Notes: generated by a model from the letters alone, not told the origin. Shown: positions 9,201 to 19,027, counted from the stretch's first letter. The stretch is 64,000 bases of DNA from Lentimicrobiaceae bacterium (GCA_018001695.1 JAGNHN010000009.1:18528-82527); one strand, 5' to 3'. Made by a program: numbers and translations.

Positions 9201-10745
9201 AACCTTGTATTGCCCCGGAAGAATCTGCATGGAAGGGAAGGTATAGTCTACTCCTTTCGAGAAAGTAAAACCACCCAGCTCTACCGCGTTCTGTCCATTA
9301 TTATAAATTTCAATGAATTCCGTAGTATCTGTTCCGGATTCCGGTGGATTATACATGATTTCAGTGATCACGATGGCATGATTGAGACTGCCAAAACCCA
9401 CCGTGAACTGCTTACTGACAGGCATGATATTACCTGCTGTATCGGCGATTGCTGAGATGGACAGGGTATAAGGAACACCGGTCAGCAGGGGCGACGCCAG
9501 CACGATGTGGACGCTGTCAAGACCTGCACTGCGCGTAACCGAGGCAATGGCAGGCAGTCCGGTGTAATTGCCAGGCACTTCTGCACTCAGGCCCACCGCT
9601 TCCGAAAAAGTGACACGAACATTCAGGGGACTTGTTGCCCAGGCCATCATGGGAACCGGAGGAATGGTATCGATGAGCACGGGTGGATAATCCATGTTCG
9701 CAGCCATGGGAGTGGGTGGAGCAAAACTGAAAGGCCCGCTGCCATTGGGTAGGCGGGAGTATGAAGTGTCCGTCTTCTGCGGTCCGAAAATGATACTGTC
9801 GACGCGGACGCCGGTTGAATGATAAAGAAATATCTCTTCCCCCCCTTTCGACAGTGCAAAGGCTGCATGTAAACCAGGATCAGCAATATCCTGGTCAGCC
9901 CAGACGATCAGGTAACCTCCTGCCGTGATTGTGGTGTCGGGGAAGACCCATTTCAGAGGATTATTTCGGTTGTCGGTTATGGACCAATTTAGGAGATTAA
10001 CCGGCTGAGAAGTAGGATTATACAACTCGATCCAGTCATCATAACTATTGTCGCTGGGATCCTGGTAGGCAGTGACGTTATCCGCCAGAAACTCATTGAT
10101 CACGATGCTGGGAATGGATGTCGACTGGCAGTTGGCAGTATGGTTACCAAGGTAAGTAAATACATCCTGCGGATATACCAGCCATTCGGAGGAAGCCGTA
10201 TCGGTGCCGGCAGACAAGGCCCAGTTAGCATTGGGTGCACAGACACTGGCTTTGCGCACCAGGGTCTTATTTACGGCTGCGCCTGTGATTCCTGCCACAT
10301 TAAAGTTGGTGGAGCTGTTGGGATTACCAAAAATATCGATGGGGATCCATGTTGTTCCGCCATCTGTCGTCTTCTCGATGGCGCGGGCATCGTTGCCATT
10401 GAAGTAGACAAGGTCAGGAAAAGCCAGGATCTGGTTGGCGAGTGAATTATTGAAAAAAGAGCTGTCAATCTGGTCCGTGATCATGACCCATACGGTGTTG
10501 TGAGCCATGACGGTTCCAACCGGGAAATAGTGGTAATACTGCCAGCCATTCCCGTTGCTGGACTGTGCAATCCTGTAGTTGTCAAGGCTAACGGGACCTC
10601 CGGTTCCATTGTATATTTCCAGGGCTTTGCGATTGCTGCCGCCTTCAATATACTCTGAGAAAAAGATGTCGGTAGCCTGGCCCCAGGCCAGCATGGGGAG
10701 GATCAGCATCATCCATCCCAAAACAGTAGTTTTCATCGTATTCAT
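6258..10745 (-). CDS. T9SS-secreted LTD/PKD-repeat surface protein (NucH-type N-terminal LTD, 4 further LTDs, 2 PKD, dockerin-like, cohesin-like, Por C-terminal sorting domain)
   Basis: The ORF runs 6258-10784. The likely start is MNTMKTTVLGWMMLILPMLAWGQA at 10745 (signal peptide). Motifs: FFSEYIEGGSNRKALEIYNGTG (LTD as in ExeM/NucH nucleases); INEFLADNVTAYQDPSDNSYDDWIELYNP; three copies of VITEIMYNPPESGTDT.EFIE.YNN; PKD-like FTDLS.GNPTSW.WSFPGGTP; a canonical dockerin loop DVNADGTVNAADAMFVLKRFVG; and the C-terminus LYPNPAHTQLQIAL...YILTVQNG. Confidence 0.85.
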   Translation of the reverse strand: MNTMKTTVLGWMMLILPMLAWGQATDIFFSEYIEGGSNRKALEIYNGTGGPVSLDNYRIAQSSNGNGWQYYHYFPVGTVMAHNTVWVMITDQIDSSFFNNSLANQILAFPDLVYFNGNDARAIEKTTDGGTTWIPIDIFGNPNSSTNFNVAGITGAAVNKTLVRKASVCAPNANWALSAGTDTASSEWLVYPQDVFTYLGNHTANCQSTSIPSIVINEFLADNVTAYQDPSDNSYDDWIELYNPTSQPVNLLNWSITDNRNNPLKWVFPDTTITAGGYLIVWADQDIADPGLHAAFALSKGGEEIFLYHSTGVRVDSIIFGPQKTDTSYSRLPNGSGPFSFAPPTPMAANMDYPPVLIDTIPPVPMMAWATSPLNVRVTFSEAVGLSAEVPGNYTGLPAIASVTRSAGLDSVHIVLASPLLTGVPYTLSISAIADTAGNIMPVSKQFTVGFGSLNHAIVITEIMYNPPESGTDTTEFIEIYNNGQNAVELGGFTFSKGVDYTFPSMQILPGQYKVVAYSAQAMSNTFGVSALQWTSGALSNSGEEIEIKDALGNVVDYVNFDDVAPWPVSPDGFGPSLTLCDPSTDNSLAVNWTASTEFAAINAAGDTLFATPGAGCFIPIPLTADFTGTPLNILTGDTVVFTDLSLGNPTSWLWSFPGGTPATSNLQHPQGIVYNTPGMFDVTLIVQNTAGEHDTLVKTNYIKVDPAWYPDVVITEIMYNPPESGTDTLEFIELYNNDNQAVNLQGWKFSKGVDLNFPAITLQPGDYLVVAAFPNAVSQFFGVPAIGWTSGGLSNSGEEIELKDAFGYVIDYVNFDDVSPWPVSPDGYGPSLSLCNPALDNSLGSNWTASTWYAGVNGNGDSLFATPGYPCVPPILPVAAFTASQTQIIASGSVNFTDLSTYNPHSWTWSFPGGTPAGSTDKNPSGIVYAWPGLYDVSLIVTNPTGSDTLTLPNYIQVLPPPVPAIVITEIMYNPPESGTDTLEFLELYNNDVLTVDLAGYYFSKGITYTFPSILLAPGQYLLLAVDSSAFQSFYNKPARQWTAGALSNSGEEIELKDKYGSVVDYVNFDDAAPWPVSPDGFGPSLTLCDRSADNSLAINWTASTELVGYVDTIAVYASPGAGCTFVYNVNGHVHYATPAGFAFQGAQVVLSGQGGLTKTTTTDPGGYYHFGSILDGSYNLTASTSLPWGSVNANDALLVLKHFIGAQILHGMQAAAADVNADGTVNAADAMFVLKRFVGMSTSFQAGDWLFENPAILVNGMDVTKNVLGICMGDVDASYGNVKSAGGAIDLNSMQVREGEGISIPVSLSEPVRFGAVSLTMNWPSGLELVSVSGPDGLMQYALTGNELRLAWVNPEGVRIAKEAMFNIHARVLSIPDNGMNLADHVSFVEISDLDARVLPYVKLSIPSLQSGDASLRLYPNPAHTQLQIALPEGLRDAELTITDMTGRVWIRTDYENIRSRMNLDVSSLQPAAYILTVQNGNVRYAERLVIMR
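7375..9377 (-). repeat. Tandem in-frame coding repeat: three copies (period 765 then 762 nt) of an LTD(+PKD) module
   Basis: The anchor string CATGAT(T/C)TC(A/G)GTGAT recurs at 9354, 8589 and 7827. The protein copies are VITEIMYNPPESGTDT.EF.E.YNN...NFDD..PWPVSPDG.GPSL.LC. The third copy lacks the PKD part. Confidence 0.85.
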
Positions 10746-10894
10746 ATCGGCGATCTTAAAGGGGGTTTCTACAAATGTCGGCAAAAAAACACCCTGATCC
10801 TACCATGGGACCTCGCAGTTTTACCGGATTTAACCAAAACTTAGCTTCTGGATGCTGGCAAAAGTCCTGTAATTCTTATCATTAGCCAGTGAAT

Positions 10895-10927
10895 AAAAAA
10901 AAAAGGCCGCCAGATGATCTGACGGCC
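10895..10927 (-). terminator. Rho-independent terminator of dnaK
   Basis: GGCCGCCAGAT (10905-10915) pairs with ATCTGACGGCC (10917-10927), with one mismatch. On the minus strand it is followed by T10 (10895-10904). It lies 35 nt past the dnaK stop. Confidence 0.85.
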
Positions 10928-10961
10928 GATGCTTTTTCCCGTGGGTGATGTGGATCAGGAA

Positions 10962-12857
10962 TTACTTATCATCCTTCACTTCTTCAAAATCAACATCGGT
11001 CACTTCCTGATCTTTATTGGGAGGGCTGTCCTGGGGGCCTGCCTGTTCGCCCTGCTGGGCAGCCTGGTACATTTCGGTGCTGGCCGCCTGCCATGCGCTG
11101 TTCAGTTTGGCCATGGCTGCATCAATGGCAGTGAGGTCTTCCTGTTTGTGTGCGGATCTGAGCTCTTCCATGGCCTGGGTGATCACTTCTTTCTTGTCGG
11201 CCGGGATCTTGTCCCCGAACTCTTTCAGCTGCTTTTCAGTCTGGAAGATCAGGGCATCCGCGCCATTCAGCTTATCGACCTTCTCCTTAGCGGCCCTGTC
11301 GGATTCTGCGTTGGCTGTTGCTTCATCCTTCATCCGTTTGATTTCGGCTTCCGACAATCCGGAGGAGGCTTCAATGCGTATTTGCTGGGATTTGCCGGTA
11401 GCTTTGTCCTTTGCAGAAACATGCAATATCCCGTTGCTGTCGATATCGAAGGTCACCTCGATCTGTGGTATACCGCGCGGTGCCGGTGGGATGCCATCCA
11501 GATGGAAACGTCCGATGCTCTTGTTACCGGCGGCCATGGGACGCTCACCCTGCAGGATATGGATCTCTACAGAGGTCTGGCTGTCTGAAGCCGTGCTGAA
11601 TACTTCGGATTTCTTGGTAGGGATGGTGGTATTGGCTTCAATCAGCCTTGTCATCACACCACCCAGGGTCTCAATACCCAAAGAAAGCGGCGTTACATCG
11701 AGCAGCAGGACGTCCTTAACCTCGCCGGTAAGCACGCCACCCTGGATAGCAGCACCAACAGCAACAACTTCATCCGGATTCACTCCTTTCGAAGGTGTCT
11801 TTCCAAAGAAATCCTCCACCACCTTTTGAATGGCAGGGATACGTGTTGATCCTCCCACGAGGATGACCTCGTTGATGTCAGCAGCTGTCAGGCCGGCATC
11901 TTTCAATGCTTTACGGCATGGTTCAACAGTCGCCTGCACAAGTGGATCTACCAGTTTCTCAAATGCAGCGCGTGTCAACGTCTTCACCAGGTGCCTTGGA
12001 ATCCCGTCGACGGGCATGATGTAAGGAAGGTTAATTTCGGTACTGCTGGAGCTGGACAGCTCGATCTTGGCTTTCTCCGCCCCTTCTTTCAGACGCTGAA
12101 GGGCCATGGGGTCTTTTCTGAGATCGACACCTTCATCTTTCAGGAATTCTCCGGCCAGCCAGTCAATGATCATCTGGTCGAAGTCATCTCCGCCCAGGTG
12201 GGTATCGCCATTGGTGCTTTTGACTTCAAAAACCCCATCTCCCAGTTCTAGGATGGAAATATCAAACGTACCTCCGCCAAGGTCATAGACGGCCACCTTG
12301 ATATCTTCCTTCTTTTTATCCAGGCCGTAAGCAAGGGCAGCCGCCGTTGGTTCATTGATGATGCGTCTCACCTTCAGGCCTGCAATTTCACCGGCTTCCT
12401 TGGTTGCCTGACGCTGTGAATCACTGAAGTAGGCAGGTACGGTAATGACCGCTTCCGTCACTTCATGGCCCAGGTAATCCTCTGCGGTCTTCTTCATTTT
12501 CTGAAGGACCATGGCAGATATTTCCTGCGGCGAAAACAGTCGGTCGTCGATGCGGACGCGTGGGGTGTTGTTATCGCCCTTCTCCACCTTATATGGAACC
12601 CGGTTGATCTCCTTCTGGACGCGGTCATAGGTCTCGCCCATGAATCGCTTGATAGAATATACTGTCTTCACTGGATTGGTGATGGACTGCCGCTTGGCCG
12701 GATCCCCTACCTTGCGCTCTCCGTTGTCTACAAATGCAACGATAGATGGGGTCGTTCTCCTGCCTTCACTGTTGGGGATCACAACCGGTTCACTGCCCTC
12801 CATCACGGCAACACATGAATTGGTGGTCCCGAGGTCAATGCCTATGATTTTTGCCAT
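10962..12857 (-). CDS. dnaK: Molecular chaperone DnaK (Hsp70)
   Basis: 631-aa ORF. Motifs: [44 protein letters not shown]. Acidic C-terminal tail. Unambiguous. Confidence 0.98.
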   Translation of the reverse strand: MAKIIGIDLGTTNSCVAVMEGSEPVVIPNSEGRRTTPSIVAFVDNGERKVGDPAKRQSITNPVKTVYSIKRFMGETYDRVQKEINRVPYKVEKGDNNTPRVRIDDRLFSPQEISAMVLQKMKKTAEDYLGHEVTEAVITVPAYFSDSQRQATKEAGEIAGLKVRRIINEPTAAALAYGLDKKKEDIKVAVYDLGGGTFDISILELGDGVFEVKSTNGDTHLGGDDFDQMIIDWLAGEFLKDEGVDLRKDPMALQRLKEGAEKAKIELSSSSSTEINLPYIMPVDGIPRHLVKTLTRAAFEKLVDPLVQATVEPCRKALKDAGLTAADINEVILVGGSTRIPAIQKVVEDFFGKTPSKGVNPDEVVAVGAAIQGGVLTGEVKDVLLLDVTPLSLGIETLGGVMTRLIEANTTIPTKKSEVFSTASDSQTSVEIHILQGERPMAAGNKSIGRFHLDGIPPAPRGIPQIEVTFDIDSNGILHVSAKDKATGKSQQIRIEASSGLSEAEIKRMKDEATANAESDRAAKEKVDKLNGADALIFQTEKQLKEFGDKIPADKKEVITQAMEELRSAHKQEDLTAIDAAMAKLNSAWQAASTEMYQAAQQGEQAGPQDSPPNKDQEVTDVDFEEVKDDK

Positions 12858-13067
12858 AATCTATGTTGGTTTATGCTGTTATCAATATGTGTTAAACATC
12901 CAGCCAAATGCTTTTCAACAACTGTGCCATGGCAGGTTGGTTGATATTCCATGCAATTATGGCACCTTAATCATCACATTGATTAATATCCTGTCATGGC
13001 AAAAATGACAAAACGGCAGTCAGGCCTGTACCTGGATTTTGTGGGAGAAGGGAAAACCACAGAAGCA

Positions 13068-14057
13068 TCAGAAACTCAGGTTCATCCCAAGTATTGTGCT
13101 GGTGCTCTGCGTATTAAGGAAGTAACTTTGTGTCTTGTGAGAACGGCTGCTGAATATCCCGTAGCCATTCTCGATATTCGTATATTCTGGCCTTTCCTGA
13201 ATAATGGAGCTACCTGGCTCATTCACGTCAATGTATGTACTCAGGTCATCGGCTGCTACACTGAAAACAAAATCAACCTTGCCGATGTAGCGTTTTACGT
13301 CGGCATTGTAAGGAATGCTTTCACGTATCCTCCCAAAGAAAGCCTGTCCATCGTATTTAAGTTCCATCTTCTCACCTCCGGCGAGTGTTCCGGCCTTCTT
13401 AGGTGCGAAGCGCCAGTCCACATGTTTGAAAAGGGTATCCGGTGAATCAGGGCTCTTCTCTTTATAATTGAACCGTATCAGCAACTCATACCTCTTCCCG
13501 TTCACTGCCGAATACCACTCCACGGCATATGGAAGATTACCGTTAAAGCCGACGATGGGGTTATTGGGATTGTACAGGGGTTTATCCACTGAAAAATTGC
13601 CAACAAGTCCGGTTTCAGCCTTTACGACCTTTCCTGTACTGTTGTTGCGTATCATCAGGCGGTAGGTATGGTCTGTCCTGAGTTGGCCATGCGTGTTGGC
13701 GACATAAACAATCTGTCTTGGATAATAAAAGGTACCTGCAGCCTTATCGGTAATGCTGATGGTATCAAAAACGAAGAACTTACCGGTATTCTGGCCGTTA
13801 TAGACTTCCTCCATCCAGACCTCCATAACGTCGAAAGGATAATAAGTAGAATCGGGGATCTGTGCCATTTTCAGCACATCACCTTCCCCGAGGAAAGCCC
13901 GGTTTATCTTGACATAAGTAAAAGTATCCTGTTGATCAAGAAGGCCGTAAACGATTGTGATATCCTTCCACTCTGCGGTGATATCAAAATCGGTTTCGCA
14001 GGATGCAAGGCCCAGGAGCATTGCGACAGATATCCAAAAACTGAATAAGCGTTTCAT
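13068..14057 (-). CDS. Lipoprotein, possibly DUF4249 family
   Basis: The ORF runs 13068-14063. The likely start is MKRLFSFWISVAMLLGLASC (lipobox LASC). The C-terminal NIENGYGIFSS resembles the DUF4249 lipoproteins of Bacteroidota. The family call is from memory only. Confidence 0.6.
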   Translation of the reverse strand: MKRLFSFWISVAMLLGLASCETDFDITAEWKDITIVYGLLDQQDTFTYVKINRAFLGEGDVLKMAQIPDSTYYPFDVMEVWMEEVYNGQNTGKFFVFDTISITDKAAGTFYYPRQIVYVANTHGQLRTDHTYRLMIRNNSTGKVVKAETGLVGNFSVDKPLYNPNNPIVGFNGNLPYAVEWYSAVNGKRYELLIRFNYKEKSPDSPDTLFKHVDWRFAPKKAGTLAGGEKMELKYDGQAFFGRIRESIPYNADVKRYIGKVDFVFSVAADDLSTYIDVNEPGSSIIQERPEYTNIENGYGIFSSRSHKTQSYFLNTQSTSTILGMNLSF

Positions 14058-14253
14058 GGGCACAAAGGTAAGCGATAAGTAGATGTGGCACGAAGGGTGA
14101 TCCGTGCAATTTCTTGCGCGAGTTTATTAACTTTGTTCCGAAAGTGAAGGCAAAAAAAAGATAACGGTAGCCTTCAACCGGGTGTCGGTATTTATTAATC
14201 CGGGATATTGATATTTCACACATGGCCCAAGGGCCCCCAAAAAAGCAGCTATT

Positions 14254-15072
14254 ATGTCAGGCACCATGTTTCCGGTCCCCAAGGTGACCACGCACGTCCT
14301 GCAGGAGATGAAACTCAAGGGAGAGAAAATCGCAATGCTGACAGGCTACGATTACTCCATGGCCCGCATCCTGGATGAAGCAGGCATTGACATCATCCTG
14401 GTCGGTGATTCTGCCTCCAACGTCATGGCCGGTCATCGCACCACCCTGCCCATTACCCTCAATGAGATGATCTATCATGCTTCCTCGGTGATGCGTGCCG
14501 TCAAGCGGGCCCTGGTTGTGGTCGACCTGCCATTTGGAACCTACCAGGGGAATTCCAAGGAAGCCCTGGCCTCTGCCATCCGCATTATGAAAGAGTCGGG
14601 AGCCAATGCCGTCAAACTGGAAGGTGGTAAAGAAATCCTGGAGAGCGTCGAGCGTATCCTTTCAGCAGGTATCCCGGTGATGGGCCACCTTGGGCTAACG
14701 CCTCAATCGATACACAAATTTGGCACCTATGTGGTCAGGGCTACCCAGGACGAAGAAGCCAACAAGCTGCGGGAAGATGCCGTCCTGCTGAGTCAGTCCG
14801 GTTGTTTTGCCATTGTCCTGGAGAAGATCCCGGCCAAGCTGGCCGCCACCGTCACAAGTGAAATACGTGTCCCCACCATCGGTATCGGCGCAGGCAGTGA
14901 AGTCGATGGACAGGTACTGGTGATCCACGATATGCTGGGCATTACACAGGACTTTTCTCCCCGTTTCCTGAGACGGTATCACAACCTGAAAGAGGAGATC
15001 CTTGGCTCTGTGAAATCCTACATCCGGGATGTGAAGACGCTCGACTTCCCCAACCAGCGGGAGCAGTACTGA
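14254..15072 (+). CDS. panB: 3-methyl-2-oxobutanoate hydroxymethyltransferase (ketopantoate hydroxymethyltransferase)
   Basis: 272 aa. Motifs: [71 protein letters not shown]. Classic PanB. Confidence 0.93.
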   Translation: MSGTMFPVPKVTTHVLQEMKLKGEKIAMLTGYDYSMARILDEAGIDIILVGDSASNVMAGHRTTLPITLNEMIYHASSVMRAVKRALVVVDLPFGTYQGNSKEALASAIRIMKESGANAVKLEGGKEILESVERILSAGIPVMGHLGLTPQSIHKFGTYVVRATQDEEANKLREDAVLLSQSGCFAIVLEKIPAKLAATVTSEIRVPTIGIGAGSEVDGQVLVIHDMLGITQDFSPRFLRRYHNLKEEILGSVKSYIRDVKTLDFPNQREQY

Positions 15073-15076
15073 CAAC

Positions 15077-15805
15077 ATGCACGAGATCTCGGACCTGCAA
15101 GGCCTGGCTGCTGATATTCTCTACGAGGATAACCACCTCATAGCTATTAACAAACATCCCGGGGATATCGTACAGGGCGACAAAACCGGGGATATCCCAC
15201 TCTCGGATATTGTCAAAGCTTATATCGGGGAAAAATACGGCAAACCTGGTGATGTCTTCCTGGGCGTGGTGCACCGGCTGGACCGGCCGGTGAGCGGGGT
15301 GGTCCTTTTTGCCCGCACCAGCAAGGCCCTGGCACGCATGAATACCCTGATGCAAAAACGAGATGTACGTAAAATTTACTGGGCTGTCACTGATCAACCC
15401 ACACCCGCTGAAGAAGGACGAGCCCGGCATTTTCTGGCCAAAGACCAGGAGAAAAACAAATCCTTTGTGGTCTCACAGTCCCACCCCCAGGGACGTGAAG
15501 CCATCCTGGATTACCACCTTACAGCCAGGACGGAAAGATATTATCTTATTGAGGTTGAATTACATACGGGAAGACACCATCAAATAAGGGCCCAGCTGGC
15601 TGCGCTTGGCTGCCCCATCAGAGGGGATCTGAAATATGGATTTCCACGCTCCAATCCTGATGGGTCGATCAGCCTGCATTCCCGGTCAATGTCGTTCACA
15701 CATCCAGTGAGGCCGGAAACGGTGACCATTATCGCACCACCACCTGCCGACCCGCTGTGGACAGCCATCGTGCAGGCAGTAGCCGGTAGAGAGGGCACAA
15801 AATGA
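15077..15805 (+). CDS. RluA-family pseudouridine synthase (no S4 domain)
   Basis: 242 aa. Catalytic motif HRLDRPVSGVVLFARTSKA and HTGRHHQIRAQLA. The start lies 5 nt after the panB stop. Confidence 0.88.
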   Translation: MHEISDLQGLAADILYEDNHLIAINKHPGDIVQGDKTGDIPLSDIVKAYIGEKYGKPGDVFLGVVHRLDRPVSGVVLFARTSKALARMNTLMQKRDVRKIYWAVTDQPTPAEEGRARHFLAKDQEKNKSFVVSQSHPQGREAILDYHLTARTERYYLIEVELHTGRHHQIRAQLAALGCPIRGDLKYGFPRSNPDGSISLHSRSMSFTHPVRPETVTIIAPPPADPLWTAIVQAVAGREGTK

Positions 15806-15838
15806 ACTTAATGATCAGGCTAATGTTCCTTTCGCTGT

Positions 15839-18667
15839 ATGAAATGGCACAGGGATCTTAAATATGTGTGGCTGGTTTTGATGATGCTTCTGCCCCATTG
15901 GACGGAAGCTCAGTTCTTTCACAGCGGCCAGGCGCCCGCTTCAGTGCAGTGGAGTCAGATCCGCCACCCCAAAATCCGGTTGATCTTCCCCGTTGGTATG
16001 GAACAGCAGGCCACGGCTTTGATGAGGACCATGGATACCCTGATGCCCGGAATCGCAGCAGGCCTGGCGCATCGAGCCCGACCAATCCCACTTGTTCTCT
16101 ATCCCGGAGGTGTCATTTCCAATGGATTGACAGTATGGGCGCCCAGAAGGATGGAATTCTATACCACGCCTCCTCAGGATAACTACGCCCAGGACTGGCT
16201 GCAGCAACTGGCCATCCATGAATACCGCCATGTCGTTCAGATCGACAAGCTTAACCAGGGCATGACCCGTGTGCTTGGTTGGATATTCGGAGAACAGATC
16301 CTGGCGGGTATCCTGGGGCTTTACGTCCCATCCTGGTTTCTCGAGGGCGATGCCGTCATGGCGGAAACGACCTTATCCCGGGCCGGAAGGGGACGGGAGC
16401 CTTCTTTCACAGCTCCACTGAGAGCCCAACTCAGCCAATTTGGACGGTATTCCTATGAAAAAGCTACTTTCGGATCCTACCGTGACTATGTCCCCAACGC
16501 CTATATCCTTGGCTATCACCTCACGGCCTTTGGTGTAAAACGCTTTGGAGAAAGAGGATGGCAGGAAGCATTAAACCGCACGGCCCGCAGACCCTGGAGC
16601 ATCACGCCGTTCTCAGCCGGACTCAGGTTAGGTAGTGGCTTTAGCAGAGGACAGTGGTATAAAACAGCGCTGCATGAGCTGGATAGCATCTGGAAGCAGG
16701 AGGAAATCAATACAGATAGCCTATTCATACCCTTGCTTATAGAAAATCCTTCTGTTTACACTGATTACCTTCGTCCGCAGGTGACCGGGCAGGGAGACAT
16801 CATCGCCGAACGCTATGCTTTGAATGATGTGGACCGCATTGTTGCCATCCATCCGGATGGAAAAGAGCAAATCCTGGCTACGCCAGGCTTAATGATGAAA
16901 GGCTCCCTGGAAGTTAAGGGGAATCATGCGCTATGGACTGAGTACCAGCCTGATCCCAGATGGGATCAGCGAAGCTTCACCAGACTTATACACTTTGACC
17001 TGGATCGCAATCGCAGGACGGTTTTGTTGTCCGGAACCCGCTACTTCTCCCCTGCCCTCTCACATGACACCAAAAGCCTGGCGCTTGTTGAATCGCCAGT
17101 AGCAGGAAGGGCTCGCCTTATCCTGATGTCTTTTCCTGGATGTGAGCACAAAAAAACATGGCAGGATGACCGTTACGTTCATCTTATGCAACCGGAATGG
17201 CATGCTGACGGGCGCCACATTGTGCTGCTGGCGCAAGACAGCACAGGTGCGCGGCATATGCTGCTGGTCGATCTGCAGGCCCTCACAAGCCGGAGCCTGC
17301 TGGGGCCAACCTTCACCTCTATGCAGCATCCCGTTCCGGATGGCGCCGGGATATGGTGGACGGGCGATGATGCAGGTGAAGAAGCCATCTTCTGGACAGG
17401 AGCCCTGGAACCACAGGCAACACGATTTGCCGTCAGCCGCTTCGGTATTTCACAACCTGCCCCTGATGGTAAAGGCAACCTGATTGCTACAACCTATACC
17501 GCGCATGGACATCACCCTGTCCGCTTACCTACTGCGAAAGCAATACCATACCAAACCATCCGCACCTCCGGAATTCAGGAGCCCCTCCTTCTTCAGAAGC
17601 CTGAACAATCCATTGATAGCCATACGGATACAACATGGCAACTCAACATCCAGCCCTACAGAAGAATCAATAACCTATTTCGTTTCCATAGCTGGGGACC
17701 CGTTTATGTGGATGGCAGCCAGGCATCTGCAGGCCCGGGATTCAGCCTGATGTCGCAGGACCTGCTAAATACCTCCTTCCTGACAGCCGGCTATCAGTAC
17801 GATTATGCTGAGCAATCCGGTTCATGGAAGCTGAACTATCGCTATGAAGGCTGGTACCCCAAACTATCGCTCAGTAGCATCTTTGCACAACGCCAGGCTA
17901 CGGGCTTCCGGAATGATGGTCAGGCTGTCGACTATGCCTGGCGGGAATACCAGCTCGAAAGTGGTGTCGAACTTCCGTTGCAATGGATGCTTGGGCATCA
18001 CTGGACCGGCATTCTTCCCAGGCTGACATCCACCCAGATATGGCTAAAAATGGATGAGGATAGCCCGTTCCGGTTCAAACGGGAGAAGCTTCAAACCCTT
18101 GACTACGGATTTATCGCTTACCACTTGCGCAAACAATCCCGGCGCGACCTGCAACCTGCCTGGGGGCAGATACTGGAGGTCCGTTACCGCCATGATCCCT
18201 TTCTCGTGGAAGCGGGGAATATCCGGGCGGCCATGGCAACCCTGTATTTCCCCGGCCTGGCTCCTCATCATGGATGGCAGCTGTATGCCGGCTACCAGGA
18301 GCGCAAACAGGGCGAATACATCTTTTCAGGCATGGTGAGGTACCCGTCGGGAACCATAGGCCGGGGAGAAGAACAGCTTAAAAGCCTGTCACTGCGCTAT
18401 CGCTTTCCCCTGGGCATGCCGGATGCCAACCTTCCCGGCCTGGTGTATATCAAAAGGATCAAAGGTGCTTTATTCCTGGATATGGCAGAAGCGAGAGCAG
18501 GAGAAACCCTCCGCTATTACCGGTCGACGGGTGCTGAGCTGCGCCTGGATGCCCATTTTTTCAGGTTTATTGCCCCGGTGGATATCGGTGTCAGGGCCAT
18601 CCGAAACCTGGAGGAAAACAAATGGACCGCCGAATTCCTCTTCAGTGTGCTTTTTTCTGATCTTTGA
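15839..18667 (+). CDS. Secreted/outer-membrane protein with an HExxH metallopeptidase-like motif, a TolB-like propeller region and a probable C-terminal beta-barrel
   Basis: 942-aa ORF with a signal peptide (VWLVLMMLLPHWTEAQ). It carries LAIHEYRHVVQ (HExxH). The central region has propeller-like repeats (HPDGKEQILATPG, SHDTKSLALVESP, HADGRHIVLLAQD). The C-terminal third is rich in aromatic/Gly residues and looks like beta strands. Confidence 0.6.
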   Translation: MKWHRDLKYVWLVLMMLLPHWTEAQFFHSGQAPASVQWSQIRHPKIRLIFPVGMEQQATALMRTMDTLMPGIAAGLAHRARPIPLVLYPGGVISNGLTVWAPRRMEFYTTPPQDNYAQDWLQQLAIHEYRHVVQIDKLNQGMTRVLGWIFGEQILAGILGLYVPSWFLEGDAVMAETTLSRAGRGREPSFTAPLRAQLSQFGRYSYEKATFGSYRDYVPNAYILGYHLTAFGVKRFGERGWQEALNRTARRPWSITPFSAGLRLGSGFSRGQWYKTALHELDSIWKQEEINTDSLFIPLLIENPSVYTDYLRPQVTGQGDIIAERYALNDVDRIVAIHPDGKEQILATPGLMMKGSLEVKGNHALWTEYQPDPRWDQRSFTRLIHFDLDRNRRTVLLSGTRYFSPALSHDTKSLALVESPVAGRARLILMSFPGCEHKKTWQDDRYVHLMQPEWHADGRHIVLLAQDSTGARHMLLVDLQALTSRSLLGPTFTSMQHPVPDGAGIWWTGDDAGEEAIFWTGALEPQATRFAVSRFGISQPAPDGKGNLIATTYTAHGHHPVRLPTAKAIPYQTIRTSGIQEPLLLQKPEQSIDSHTDTTWQLNIQPYRRINNLFRFHSWGPVYVDGSQASAGPGFSLMSQDLLNTSFLTAGYQYDYAEQSGSWKLNYRYEGWYPKLSLSSIFAQRQATGFRNDGQAVDYAWREYQLESGVELPLQWMLGHHWTGILPRLTSTQIWLKMDEDSPFRFKREKLQTLDYGFIAYHLRKQSRRDLQPAWGQILEVRYRHDPFLVEAGNIRAAMATLYFPGLAPHHGWQLYAGYQERKQGEYIFSGMVRYPSGTIGRGEEQLKSLSLRYRFPLGMPDANLPGLVYIKRIKGALFLDMAEARAGETLRYYRSTGAELRLDAHFFRFIAPVDIGVRAIRNLEENKWTAEFLFSVLFSDL

Positions 18668-18670
18668 TGT

Positions 18671-19027
18671 ATGAAAAACGCCCTCCAGCTTCTCGTATCC
18701 GCACTGGCCATCCTGCTGGCAGCTTATCTGCTGCCGGGTGTGCACATTGAAGGATTCCTGCATGCCCTGCTGGTTGCCCTTGTGCTGGCCTTGTTCAACC
18801 TCCTTGTAAAACCCCTGCTCATCATCCTCACAATTCCTGTGACCATCCTCACCATGGGGCTGTTCCTGATCGTGATCAATGTGGGTCTGATCCTGCTGGC
18901 TGCTGAGCTGGTCCCCGGATTCGACATCGATGGATTCTGGTGGGCGCTCCTGTTTTCGATGATCATGACATTCATACGCAGCATTCTGACAGCCATCGCA
19001 GAACCCAGACGGCCTTACCAGGGCTGA
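18671..19027 (+). CDS. YvlD/phage-holin-4_2 family small membrane protein
   Basis: 118 aa with 3-4 TM helices. The motif AAYLLPGVHIEGFLHALLVALVLALFNLLVKPLL is typical of this family. Confidence 0.7.
   Translation: MKNALQLLVSALAILLAAYLLPGVHIEGFLHALLVALVLALFNLLVKPLLIILTIPVTILTMGLFLIVINVGLILLAAELVPGFDIDGFWWALLFSMIMTFIRSILTAIAEPRRPYQG

Noticed and set aside
10929-11829. 219-aa and 270-aa plus-strand ORFs
   Set aside because: Antisense shadows inside dnaK, which is unambiguous.
14128-14135. TAACTTTG match to the Bacteroidota -7 promoter consensus (TAnnTTTG) upstream of panB, and a similar TAATTTTG at 36467-36474 upstream of aspA
   Set aside because: Each is a single 8-mer match in AT-rich intergenic DNA without a properly spaced -33 TTTG element. 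That is not enough to call a promoter.
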